Positions 1 to 8,251 are shown, counted from the first letter of the stretch. The stretch: 34,997 nucleotides of DNA from an uncultured Candidatus Saccharibacteria bacterium (GCA_964606205.1 CAZSFU010000004.1:1-34997); one strand, 5' to 3'. Numbers and translations: made by a program. The notes: generated by a model not told the origin, from the sequence alone.

Positions 1-427
1 GAACAAGGTTAGTTATTGTTACTTCAGGATTTTTAATGAATGGTTGTGTCAGTAGAACTGATTCTGGCTCTTCATCTGCCCCAGCTTCATCAGCTTTTAG
101 GAACTTTGGATCCGTAGCTGATGCATGCATAGCTATGTCACGAGCTAAAACTTTGAACTCGTCGTTCTTTGCAACGAAGTCTGTCTCACATAGCAATTCT
201 ACCATAACTCCAACTGTACCGGTAGAGTGAACGTATGTTCCAATAAAACCAGCCCCTAGAGTTCTGTCAGCCTTTTTTAGAGCTTGTTCAGCACTTTTAG
301 ACAATAGAAGAGCTGTAGCCTTTTCCATATCGCCGCCTGTCTCATCCAAAGCCTTCTTACACTGCATTACTGAAACACCTGTTTTGTCTCGTAGTTCCTT
401 TACGAGTTCTGTTGTTATTTCTGTCAT
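1..427 (-). CDS. tsf: Elongation factor Ts, N-terminal part (3' end runs off the left window edge)
   Basis: Reverse-strand translation from the ATG at 427-425 reads MTEITTELVKELRDKTGVSVMQCKKALDETGGDMEKATALL...VHSTGTVGVMVELLCETDFVAKNDEF. This is the typical EF-Ts UBA-like N-terminus and core, in the canonical rpsB-tsf order. Confidence 0.85.
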   Translation of the reverse strand, partial: MTEITTELVKELRDKTGVSVMQCKKALDETGGDMEKATALLLSKSAEQALKKADRTLGAGFIGTYVHSTGTVGVMVELLCETDFVAKNDEFKVLARDIAMHASATDPKFLKADEAGADEEPESVLLTQPFIKNPEVTITNLV

Positions 428-476
428 ATAAAATTAGATTTAGAATATTAAAAACACCCGTTGTTACAGGTATTAA

Positions 477-1208
477 TTATACAGTAGCTGTAGGTTTCTT
501 CAACCCACCAGCCTTGAAAGCTTCTGCTGCTTTTGCAAGGAAAAATTCAATACTTGTCTTTGAAGCGTCGTTTCCAGGTATTGGAAACTCTACTTCGTTT
601 AGGTTGTTATCAGTTCCACAAACAGCGATAGTTGGGATTCCCATGTATTTTGCCTCCTTTACTGCAATAGACTCTCTTTTTGCATCGATAACAAAGATAG
701 CATCTGGAAGTCTCTTCATAACTGAAAGTCCAAAGAAAAACTCTCGTAGCTTGTCGATTTCTCGGTCAATCAAAAGTCTCTCCTTCTTAGTGTATTTTAC
801 TAGCTCACCTTTCTCTTTCTGAGAAACTAGAGATTCTAGCTTTTCTACTCTTTTCTTTATTTCAGGAAAGTTAGTCAAAGTTCCTCCGATAAATCGTCCT
901 GCAACGTATGGCATGTTTATAGATTCTGCTACAGATGTAACAGCTCCCTTTGCCTCATTCTTTCCACTGATAAATAGAATGTTCCCGTTCTTTGCGGCTA
1001 TGCTCTCCACAAAAGCTAGGGCCTTGTCCATTGAATCCTTTGTTTTCTCAAGGTCAAATATCTCGATTTTATTCTTTACTCCGTATATAAAAGGTTTTGT
1101 TGAAGGGTGTCGTCTAGACTTGATAAAGCCGAAGTGAGCACCTGCAGAAAATAGAGCGTCTACTACGCCATTTCCGCTATTTGAATTATTTGTATCTGTT
1201 TTATTCAT
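477..1208 (-). CDS. rpsB: 30S ribosomal protein S2
   Basis: The 243-aa ORF contains the S2 hallmarks GAHFGF..RRHPSTKPFIYG, followed by tsf. Confidence 0.95.
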   Translation of the reverse strand: MNKTDTNNSNSGNGVVDALFSAGAHFGFIKSRRHPSTKPFIYGVKNKIEIFDLEKTKDSMDKALAFVESIAAKNGNILFISGKNEAKGAVTSVAESINMPYVAGRFIGGTLTNFPEIKKRVEKLESLVSQKEKGELVKYTKKERLLIDREIDKLREFFFGLSVMKRLPDAIFVIDAKRESIAVKEAKYMGIPTIAVCGTDNNLNEVEFPIPGNDASKTSIEFFLAKAAEAFKAGGLKKPTATV

Positions 1209-1310
1209 TGTTGTTTTAAATCAATCCCTGTTGGGACAGGCAACTATCTGTGCCTTGCGATTCCTAATTTTGTTATTTTTATAATTATCGCAACTTCATG
1301 CGTGGGCCAA

Positions 1311-1339
1311 AATATACCAAAATATTGGCATTTTTGCAA
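1311..1339 (-). promoter_or_regulatory. Candidate sigma70-type promoter of rpsB-tsf with a leader of about 95 nt
   Basis: The minus strand reads TTGCAA (1339-1334), a 17-nt spacer, then tgg-TATATT (1316-1311), an extended -10. The leader has small hairpins (GGCA..TGCC, TCCC..GGGA) before the ATG. Confidence 0.4.
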
Positions 1340-1383
1340 TGGGTACTACTAATCTAGTTTATGGAACTTTTTGTAAACGAAAA

Positions 1384-1408
1384 GGCGCTGGGATTGTATC
1401 CCTGCGCC
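1384..1408 (-). terminator. Bidirectional rho-independent terminator closing the high-GC unit 1
   Basis: GGCGCTGGGA-ttgta-TCCCTGCGCC forms a 10-bp stem with one mismatch. It is flanked by an A-run on one side and a T-run on the other. Confidence 0.7.
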
Positions 1409-1560
1409 GTTTTTCAAGTCATCAGCCTTTTGTCCTCGACGGACGGGATGCTTAACTCCCTTTAACGTCAGTTACCTAATGAGACTGACGGCACTTGCGG
1501 TCTCGCCCTGGCTTATTTATTCACCAGGATCCCCGCTCAAGTTTATGCTTACCTCCCACG

Positions 1561-1974
1561 CTAGTAGCGCGCTGCGGCCTCGGCGAGGATCTTCTTCGCT
1601 CTGGCCCTGGCACGTTCCCAGGTTCTGTGGCATCCATCGTGATGCACCTCCGCCATCACTCGGAGAATCTCATGGAGATCCTCGATGTGACGTGAAGGCA
1701 CCGCACGATAGAGCCCGTGAGTGACGAGGCCTTGACCTTCCTCCACCGTCCGGCTCTCGAGGATGACGTATCCGTCTTTCATCGTGAGAACGCTGTAAGC
1801 GTTCCCCTTCTGATCGATGATAGGATCCGTCAGCCCCAAGAATTTCGCCAACTGCTCGGTGAGCGGGAAGTTGAGCTCATCCAAGTAATTGTAGTTCGGC
1901 GCGGGATAGATTGTCCCGCCACCGACGATTTCCACCTGGCGCGAACCCGTGGCGTGGTTGGAAGCCTGCATCAT
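1561..1974 (-). CDS. Hypothetical protein, 137 aa, high-GC orphan (island 1)
   Basis: This is the longest ORF in a GC-rich block. AAGGAGG lies 8 nt upstream of the ATG at 1974. The called frame shows strong third-position G/C enrichment. I recognise no motif. Confidence 0.55.
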   Translation of the reverse strand: MMQASNHATGSRQVEIVGGGTIYPAPNYNYLDELNFPLTEQLAKFLGLTDPIIDQKGNAYSVLTMKDGYVILESRTVEEGQGLVTHGLYRAVPSRHIEDLHEILRVMAEVHHDGCHRTWERARARAKKILAEAAARY

Positions 1975-2021
1975 GTTTTTACCCTCCTTAAGGGTGCTGA
2001 AACGAACAAGTCGGAGCGAAA

Positions 2022-2063
2022 TTGCCCCAAGAAATGGCTCAAATAAGCACTTTCTTAGGGCAA
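2022..2063 (-). promoter_or_regulatory. 13-bp hairpin in the 5' UTR of the island-1 ORF
   Basis: On the minus-strand RNA, UUGCCCUAAGAAA pairs with UUUCUUGGGGCAA. The single non-Watson-Crick position is G-U on the minus strand but C-A on the plus strand, which favours minus-strand transcription. Confidence 0.45.
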
Positions 2064-2077
2064 CTTAACTTATAAGT

Positions 2078-2105
2078 ATAATACACTTTTTATTATAAAT
2101 GTCAA
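2078..2105 (-). promoter_or_regulatory. Candidate promoter of the island-1 unit
   Basis: The minus strand reads TTGACA (2105-2100), a 16-nt spacer, then TATTAT (2083-2078). It lies directly downstream of the prfA terminator. Confidence 0.45.
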
Positions 2106-2120
2106 GTATTTTAGAGTATC

Positions 2121-2149
2121 AAAAAACCTCTGTATTATAGAGGTTTTTT
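2121..2149 (-). terminator. prfA terminator (bidirectional)
   Basis: AAAAAA-CCTCT-gtattat-AGAGG-TTTTTT lies 18 nt after the prfA stop. Confidence 0.75.
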
Positions 2150-2166
2150 GATAGCTATCTTACTTA

Positions 2167-3144
2167 TTACTCATCCCCATCTTCCCCCACTATCGATGTC
2201 CCATCAAAGTTTTCCATTGATTCAATTATTGGCTCAAGTCCACCGGCCAAAATCTTTTCTATATTATGCCAAGACTGCTTTATACGGTGATCTGTAATAC
2301 GGTCCTGGAGGATGTTATATGTTCGTATCTTTTCTGATCTATCTGCCGTACCCACCTGAGACTTTCTGTCAGCAGAATACTTTGACGCCTCTTCCTCGTC
2401 TTTCATCATCTGAAGTTTTGCGGTCAAAATACTCATAGCGGCCTCGCGGTTTTTGAGCTGACTTCGCTGTGATGTAGAGCGCACGTCTATACCCGTTGGT
2501 TTGTGAATAATTCTCACGGCAGTTTCCACTTTGTTAACGTTCTGGCCTCCTGCTCCACCTGAACGAGATGTTTCGATTTCAAGATCACTTGGTTTTATTT
2601 CAATAGTTGTTTTCTTTCGCAAAGGAAGCACCGCAACTGTCGCTGTCGATGTGTGAACGCGACCCATTTTCTCTGTTGCTGGGATTCTCTGAACTCTGTG
2701 AACACCAGTTTCGAAACGTAGCTGTTTGTACACTCCTCTGCCATGTATTTCAAAAGAAGCTTCTTTATATCCTCCTACTGCACTACGAGACTCGTCTATA
2801 GGAGCTACTGACCAACCTTGGTTTTCAGCGTATCGAGTGTACATGTGCGCCAAATCCTCTGCGAAAATAGAAGCCTCCTCACCTCCTGCACCCGCACGAA
2901 CTTCGAGAATTATTTCATTTGGAAACTCTTCTTCTTTTTCTTCTTCGGTCACAATATCTTCCATTTGTTTCATCAAAGCTTCCTTTTGTGACTTTATATT
3001 TTCCAAATCTGCATGCGCCAAATCAGCAAGTGATGGGTCACTCTGTATCATCTGGTTCGTCTCCTCCTCCTGCTTTGAAAGTCTCTGGTACTCCTGAGCA
3101 AGATATGAGGTCTTTGGGTTTTGTAAAAATTTTTCTAGGTCCAT
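2167..3144 (-). CDS. prfA: Peptide chain release factor 1
   Basis: The PAT tripeptide ([14 protein letters not shown]) marks RF1 rather than RF2. The GGQ motif ([11 protein letters not shown]) is present. Confidence 0.93.
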   Translation of the reverse strand: MDLEKFLQNPKTSYLAQEYQRLSKQEEETNQMIQSDPSLADLAHADLENIKSQKEALMKQMEDIVTEEEKEEEFPNEIILEVRAGAGGEEASIFAEDLAHMYTRYAENQGWSVAPIDESRSAVGGYKEASFEIHGRGVYKQLRFETGVHRVQRIPATEKMGRVHTSTATVAVLPLRKKTTIEIKPSDLEIETSRSGGAGGQNVNKVETAVRIIHKPTGIDVRSTSQRSQLKNREAAMSILTAKLQMMKDEEEASKYSADRKSQVGTADRSEKIRTYNILQDRITDHRIKQSWHNIEKILAGGLEPIIESMENFDGTSIVGEDGDE

Positions 3145-3164
3145 AATCGTTAGTTTAGTATAGC

Positions 3165-3191
3165 AAAAAAGCGAGTCTTGCTCGCCTTTTT
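3165..3191 (-). terminator. rpmE terminator
   Basis: On the minus strand, GGCGAG-caaga-CTCGC is followed by TTTTTT. Confidence 0.7.
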
Positions 3192-3201
3192 GTTTGGGTA
3201 T

Positions 3202-3480
3202 TTATTTAGACTTCTTCGCCTTAGTAGCTGTAGCTTTTGCAACTCGCTGTTTGAATTTCTCTGCTCGTCCAGCTGTATCTAGTGACTTCTCGTTTCCAGT
3301 ATAGAAAGGGTGAGATGCACTTGAGATTTCAACTCGGTAAACTGGGTATTCTTTACCATCTGCTTTTGCCTTTGCTTTCTCGTTTGAGTTTACTGTTGAA
3401 GATATGATAAATTCAGCGCCATTTGAGTTGTCGATAAATAGTACTGGTCTATAGTTTTGTGGATGTATTTCTTTTTTCAT
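3202..3480 (-). CDS. rpmE: 50S ribosomal protein L31 (Cys-less type B)
   Basis: MKKEIHPQNYRPVLF..HPFYTG is the L31 signature. No CxxC zinc motif is present. Confidence 0.9.
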   Translation of the reverse strand: MKKEIHPQNYRPVLFIDNSNGAEFIISSTVNSNEKAKAKADGKEYPVYRVEISSASHPFYTGNEKSLDTAGRAEKFKQRVAKATATKAKKSK

Positions 3481-3541
3481 TACCGGATTACTCTACCAAA
3501 ATAGCCTCATTTTGGCAAATTACCAAAACCCCAAACATTCA

Positions 3542-3662
3542 AAAACCTTTTAAACTGGATGTAGTTCTAGGCGGAAAGGAAAAAATTGAGGAAACGTATT
3601 AGATATACGTTGACGAAATTTTAGACTTTCCAACAACGAAATACGCCAGTTTTAAAGGTTTT
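3542..3662 (-). terminator. Compound rod-like hairpin of about 120 nt, starting at the stop codon of the upstream gene
   Basis: The 17-nt outer arms AAAACCTTTTAAACTGG and CCAGTTTTAAAGGTTTT have one mismatch. Nested inside are GGAAAG/CTTTCC and AACGTAT/ATACGTT stems. On the minus strand the element ends in a T5 run. Confidence 0.5.
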
Positions 3663-5046
3663 ACCTTCTTGAAACGCCGTACTGTTGGAGATACTCGATA
3701 TCCGCCTCTATACTATCCCTCAGCTTCATCACACTCTTTCCATATGAACAGCTACTTCCCCCACTACCATAGTACTTACAGGCAGCCCTGATTTCCCCAC
3801 TATATGTTCCACTAGCACCACCTAGGTCACTCAAATACATAGCTGACGCTGTAAATGCATCCTCGGCGTTCCAAGGGTTTGAGTCACGACCTAGAGCACT
3901 TTTTAGTCTATCTTCAAATATCTTCCATGTGGACGGAATAAACTGTGCAGGGCCCATAGCACCACCATATCCAGCAACTCCAGCAATAGGGCAAGATACT
4001 ACTGTTTTTTCCATGCTGTAACCTAGTCTATTTAATATATCCATAAAAGGAACTGTATCTCTAGGAGCTTTCATTAGATTTGAAAATGTTTTTGTACCTG
4101 TTGTGTTTGTTCCAGTTCCCGCGTTTATATCTGTAACGTAGCATTTACCAACATTGGCACCCAGGTTACTTTCCTGTGTGAGCACTGCCAAAACAAAAGC
4201 TGGTTCAATAGATGTACCCGTTCTTGATGCCGCACTCTGTGCATAAGCGAGGGCAGTTTCAAACGGAATAGCCGCACCACCTCCAGCAAGTTTGAAAAGT
4301 TTTGATCTGATTTCGTTTGCCTTTGCCTGTCTGTCTGCAATAACCTGGGAATAAGTTTTCTCCTGTGTTTTGTTAACACTGATAAGATACTGTTTTTCTT
4401 TCTCGTTAACTTCCACCTGCTTCTTTTGTGCCTCAATACTAGCTTTTGTATCCAACTCCTGATCCTTCTTTTTATCCAGCGCTTCTTTCTCTTTTTCTGT
4501 TAGATTTTTAGTTTCCCTAATTTGTGAAAATAAGTCTTTTAGTGATCTGTTTATTATCTGAAATGTATCAATATCAGAGAAAAACTCTGATATATTTTCA
4601 TTACCCAAAACGACTTCTGGGAGTGAAGTCTGATCAATCTGATTTGTCTGGCGTATTAGTTGAGCTAGAGACTCATGTCCGCGATTTATTTTTTCTTCGA
4701 GAGCACCTATCTTTTTGACCCTATTTTGAATATCCACACCAAGTTGCGCTATCGCTATATTTTTCTTCTTTATATTTGCCTGAGCTTCTTTTATTTTTGC
4801 ATTCAGAAGAGCGGCCTCGTTTTGTAGAGATTTAGTGTTTGCCTTTGTATTGTTCAAAATATCCTGCCACTTTGCGATGTCGGCTTCGGTCTGAGCTAGT
4901 TCTGCCCGCCATATAGCGTCCTGCTCAGCAGGTGTTATAGCAAAGGCAACTTTAAAATAGCCTAGAAAAGCTAAAAATAAACACAGAGTTAGTATGCCGT
5001 ACTGGAAAAATGTCCTTTTTGAAAATAAAAATAACCTTGAATACAT
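3661..5046 (-). CDS. Membrane-anchored coiled-coil protein with a C-terminal lytic-transglycosylase-like (SLT) domain
   Basis: It has an N-terminal TM segment and a long heptad-rich region of about 200 aa. The C-terminal region contains FVLAVLTQESNLG (catalytic Glu-Ser context) and AMGPAQFIPSTW. Confidence 0.7.
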   Translation of the reverse strand: MYSRLFLFSKRTFFQYGILTLCLFLAFLGYFKVAFAITPAEQDAIWRAELAQTEADIAKWQDILNNTKANTKSLQNEAALLNAKIKEAQANIKKKNIAIAQLGVDIQNRVKKIGALEEKINRGHESLAQLIRQTNQIDQTSLPEVVLGNENISEFFSDIDTFQIINRSLKDLFSQIRETKNLTEKEKEALDKKKDQELDTKASIEAQKKQVEVNEKEKQYLISVNKTQEKTYSQVIADRQAKANEIRSKLFKLAGGGAAIPFETALAYAQSAASRTGTSIEPAFVLAVLTQESNLGANVGKCYVTDINAGTGTNTTGTKTFSNLMKAPRDTVPFMDILNRLGYSMEKTVVSCPIAGVAGYGGAMGPAQFIPSTWKIFEDRLKSALGRDSNPWNAEDAFTASAMYLSDLGGASGTYSGEIRAACKYYGSGGSSCSYGKSVMKLRDSIEADIEYLQQYGVSRR

Positions 5047-5076
5047 CGTTTTGATTATACCCTATTATGCCCGTCT

Positions 5077-5102
5077 AAAAAAGAGCCTTGTGGCTCCTTT
5101 TT
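5077..5102 (-). terminator. L25 terminator
   Basis: On the minus strand, GGAGCC-acaa-GGCTC is followed by TTTTTT. Confidence 0.7.
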
Positions 5103-5130
5103 AGACGAAATATTATCGAAATAGTTACAA

Positions 5131-5766
5131 TTAAGCTTCTGGAGCCTCTTCCTCCTTCTTGCCCTTCTTCTCAACCTCGATAGATGATAGATCAACAGGT
5201 GCTGACTCCTCAACCAGTTCCTCTCTAGGTGCTGATGCTGAAGCAACAACCTCTTCTGGGTTCTCAATAAGTTCAACTCCGGATGGTAGTTTTACCTGTG
5301 AAGCAAGAATCTGACTTGAAAAATCAACAAGTGATGAAATATCAACATCAATAGAGTGTGGGATACTCTGTGGGTCTGCAGAAATCTTTAGATCGTGTAG
5401 AGACTTTACCAAAAGTCCACCAAGATCCTTTACTGCTGGAGAAACTCCAACGAACTCTAGGGGAACTGAAACTTCTACCTTCTTTCCCTTTTCGAATACA
5501 TAGAAATCAGCATGTCGTGGGATGTCTGTAACAGGATCAACATCAACAGCCTGGATAAGAGTATCAACTGTTCCCTTTTCTGTCTTTATTGAAACCACTC
5601 CTGACTCACCTGCTTTTTTCCAAACAGCAATAAAATCCTTTTTCAATATAGAAATAGGTGTAGATTCTGTCTTTTTTCCATAAAAAACAGCTGGCATTTT
5701 TGCCTCTTTCTTTAGAGTATCAAGGCTAACTGCCTTGTCTCGTAGTTGTGCATCTAAATTAATCAT
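5131..5766 (-). CDS. rplY: 50S ribosomal protein L25 / general stress protein Ctc
   Basis: The 211-aa ORF has PAVFYGK...IPRHADFY plus a C-terminal acidic tail, typical of the long Ctc form. Confidence 0.9.
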   Translation of the reverse strand: MINLDAQLRDKAVSLDTLKKEAKMPAVFYGKKTESTPISILKKDFIAVWKKAGESGVVSIKTEKGTVDTLIQAVDVDPVTDIPRHADFYVFEKGKKVEVSVPLEFVGVSPAVKDLGGLLVKSLHDLKISADPQSIPHSIDVDISSLVDFSSQILASQVKLPSGVELIENPEEVVASASAPREELVEESAPVDLSSIEVEKKGKKEEEAPEA

Positions 5767-5907
5767 GATGGCTAGTATATGTGAAAAGTATTAATTAATC
5801 AAGTATTTTATTGTCTCGTTCTGGTTTTGTATTTTAAAAAACTCCAATGTATTAATTGGGGTTGTTTGGGCCATTCAGTATACAGAATGGCGAACTCTTA
5901 ATATTTT

Positions 5908-6285
5908 CTAGAAGTGTCGCTCCCGGGAACGCTGACGCGACGCAACGATTCGTCCCAAATGGACGTACCGCAGGGCGGGGCTGGTGCCCGGAACGGCGCG
6001 GAGGTGACAGACACCACCTTCGCGACGCATCATCTCTTCGAAGGACGTCACGAGGACGTCCGTACGCACCGACGTGAGGTTGCGGACGATCTCACGATCG
6101 CTCGCACTACCCCAGTACTGACCGAGGAAAACAACACTCAGTCGAGGGTCTTCAGCCTTGATCTGCTCGACGTATTCCACCACCTTGTAGTGAACTCCGT
6201 TCTCGAACCCATGCCGACGCATGTCGGCAACCAACTGAGCGTTCTCGTGTCCAGACTTCTGGACAACCACAACGGGGACGTTCAT
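5908..6285 (-). CDS. Hypothetical protein, about 125 aa, high-GC orphan (island 2)
   Basis: The GC-rich block matches the ORF almost exactly. GGAGG (6295-6291) lies 5 nt upstream of the ATG at 6285. The GTG at 6291 given in the ORF track overlaps the SD, so it is less likely. The N-terminal 85 aa have a beta-alpha-beta look. The C-terminal 35 aa are Arg-rich and less protein-like. Confidence 0.5.
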   Translation of the reverse strand: MNVPVVVVQKSGHENAQLVADMRRHGFENGVHYKVVEYVEQIKAEDPRLSVVFLGQYWGSASDREIVRNLTSVRTDVLVTSFEEMMRREGGVCHLRAVPGTSPALRYVHLGRIVASRQRSRERHF

Positions 6286-6302
6286 GTCCACCTCCAGTAA
6301 TA

Positions 6303-6330
6303 TTTATAACACAAATATAAAAATTAGCAA
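6303..6330 (-). promoter_or_regulatory. Candidate promoter of the island-2 ORF
   Basis: The minus strand reads TTGCTA (6330-6325), a 16-nt spacer, then TATAAA (6308-6303). It lies in the AT-rich spacer just after the fba stop. Confidence 0.35.
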
Positions 6331-6345
6331 TACTTTAAATTTTTA

Positions 6346-7212
6346 TTAGAGATTATTGAAAAATCGCAGTTTCTTCTCTACCACCTCCTGGACCGCCTTT
6401 ACTCCTGGTTTTAGGAATTTGTATGGAGCCACCTCCTCTGGGTTTTCTTGTAGTGACTTCTTTATAGCATCGCGGAAAGCCACACGTATTTCTGTATTAA
6501 TATGAACAATAGATACTCCATTTGCTATAGCTTGTTTAAAATCATCCTCTGAATTACCAGAACCACCGTGTAGTGTTAGAGGAATGCCAGTAGTTTCATA
6601 AATCTCTTTTGTTCTTTCTATGTTTAGTTTCGGATCAACACCTCCGCGGAGCATTCCATGGAAGTTTCCTATTGCAGGAGCTAACATATCTATACCTGTC
6701 ATATCCACAAACTCTTTTGCCTTTATAGGATCAGTGAGAGAACTTTCATCGAGCATCACACCTTCTGGAATCTCATCCAAAACTTTTGATGACTGACCTA
6801 TGTAACCCAGTTCTGCCTCAACAAGAACCTCTCTACCACTAGCTTTTGCATATTCAACGCATTGTTTTGTAAGTTTTACGTTTTCTTCGAAAGAAAGTTT
6901 TGCTCCATCAATAATCACAGAATCAAAGCCTGCATCTATCGCCTCTTTTACTCGGTCGAACGAGTATGTATGGTCAGCATTTAAATAAATAGGATAGTCG
7001 AACTCCTCACGAATGCTTTTTACCAAAGCCACAGCTTGCTTTACACCAACAAAGTCTCTCTCACCTTCTGAGACACCGATAATAACTGGAACGTTGAGTG
7101 ACTGAGCTGCTTTGAAAATACCCCAAAGCGCCTCCAAGTTAGAAATATTAAAATGACCGATTGCGACTTTTTTCTCTCGTGCTTCGAGTACTGATTGTTT
7201 TAAAGTTTTCAT
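6346..7212 (-). CDS. fba: Class II fructose-bisphosphate aldolase family
   Basis: The 288-aa ORF has GHFNISNLE, LNADH and HGGSG motifs, matching the class II FBA/tagatose-bisphosphate aldolase fold. Confidence 0.87.
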   Translation of the reverse strand: MKTLKQSVLEAREKKVAIGHFNISNLEALWGIFKAAQSLNVPVIIGVSEGERDFVGVKQAVALVKSIREEFDYPIYLNADHTYSFDRVKEAIDAGFDSVIIDGAKLSFEENVKLTKQCVEYAKASGREVLVEAELGYIGQSSKVLDEIPEGVMLDESSLTDPIKAKEFVDMTGIDMLAPAIGNFHGMLRGGVDPKLNIERTKEIYETTGIPLTLHGGSGNSEDDFKQAIANGVSIVHINTEIRVAFRDAIKKSLQENPEEVAPYKFLKPGVKAVQEVVEKKLRFFNNL

Positions 7213-7257
7213 ATGTGCTGAATTATATCATATGATATAATTCAGCACATATGAAAA
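7206..7257. promoter_or_regulatory. Perfect 52-bp palindrome holding two back-to-back extended -10 promoters and both start codons
   Basis: I checked every base pair from 7206 to 7257 (centre 7231/7232). TGaTATAAT occurs on each strand (plus 7233-7241; minus 7230-7222), 9 nt from ATG 7251 and ATG 7212 respectively. Confidence 0.8.
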
Positions 7258-8240
7258 ATATAGACATACTGGCCATTGGCGACATAGTTGTAGATGCTTT
7301 TATCAGAATGAACGACGCGGAGGTTAAATGTGATGAACATGGAGAGAACTGTAAACTTTGTGTGCGATACGGTGACAAAGTCCCGTATGAATCTGTAGAA
7401 ATCTGTTACGCAGTTGGAAATAGTGCAAACGCTGCCGTGTCCGCATCGAGACTCGGACTTTCTTCTGCACTATACGCATACGTTGGTGGTGATCAAAATG
7501 GAAATGACTCTATTTCTTCTCTAGAAAAGGACGGGGTGGAAACAAAATACGTTCACGTAGATAACGAAAATAAAACAAACTATCACTACGTACTATGGTA
7601 TGACGTTGACCGAACTATCCTAGTTAAACACGAACACTATAAATATGATTTTAAAGTTGATGAGGCTCCAAAATGGATTTATCTTTCTTCTCTAGGCGAC
7701 AATACTTTTGATTTTCAAATGCAGATAGTGGATTTTGTCGAATCTCACCCAGAAACAAAACTGGCTTTCCAGCCTGGAACATTCCAAATCAAGATGGGTA
7801 AAGAAAAACTAGAAAGAATTTACAAAAATTCAGAAATCTTTTTCTGCAACGTGGAGGAAGCACAAAACATACTCGGAGAAACTAGCCGAGACCTATCAAC
7901 ACTTATGAAAGGTATAAATGAGCTGGGACCAAAAACTATTGTTGTAACAGATGGTTTCAACGGAGCTTACGCCTTTGAATCAACAACAGGTGATATGTGG
8001 TTCATGCCGATATATCCACATAAACCTTTTGAACGAACAGGGGCTGGGGATGCGTACGCCTCTACTGTGGTTTCTCTACTAGAACAAGGTAAAACTCTAG
8101 GAGAGGCTCTGACTTGGGCACCTATTAACTCAATGTCTGTAGTACAAGAAGTCGGTGCACAGAAAGGGTTACTTACTCCAGAAAAAATAGAAGAGTACCT
8201 GAAAAATGCTCCAGTAGACTACAAAATACAAAAGATATAA
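7251..8240 (+). CDS. PfkB-family carbohydrate kinase
   Basis: The 329-aa ORF has an N-terminal GDIVVD and the C-terminal TGAGDAY motif of the ribokinase/PfkB superfamily. The substrate cannot be determined from the sequence. Confidence 0.85.
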   Translation: MKNIDILAIGDIVVDAFIRMNDAEVKCDEHGENCKLCVRYGDKVPYESVEICYAVGNSANAAVSASRLGLSSALYAYVGGDQNGNDSISSLEKDGVETKYVHVDNENKTNYHYVLWYDVDRTILVKHEHYKYDFKVDEAPKWIYLSSLGDNTFDFQMQIVDFVESHPETKLAFQPGTFQIKMGKEKLERIYKNSEIFFCNVEEAQNILGETSRDLSTLMKGINELGPKTIVVTDGFNGAYAFESTTGDMWFMPIYPHKPFERTGAGDAYASTVVSLLEQGKTLGEALTWAPINSMSVVQEVGAQKGLLTPEKIEEYLKNAPVDYKIQKI

Positions 8241-8251
8241 ACCCCACATGA

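Noticed and set aside
1409-1560. Integron attC site in the structured 3' region of island 1 (GTTAAGC / GCTTAAC cores noticed)
   Set aside because: The core-like heptamers are not arranged as R''/L''...L'/R' pairs on one strand. No intI gene or attI is in the window, and the other islands lack comparable sites.
1479-2046. Plus-strand ORFs of 81, 66 and 109 aa, overlapping and antisense to the island-1 ORF
   Set aside because: High-GC DNA is poor in stop codons, so long antisense ORFs appear by default. These are Arg/Pro/Ser/His-rich, have no SD and show no GC3 enrichment.
2167-3144. RF2 with programmed +1 frameshift, or an alternative genetic code (UGA recoding) as seen in some CPR lineages
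   Set aside because: The protein has the PAT motif, so it is RF1. The ORF is uninterrupted. All housekeeping ORFs are full length under the standard code, so no in-frame UGA is needed.
5914-6300. 128-aa plus-strand ORF mirroring the island-2 ORF
   Set aside because: It has no SD or promoter on the plus strand. Its composition is junk-like (runs of R, T, H, V). The minus-strand frame has GGAGG-N5-ATG.
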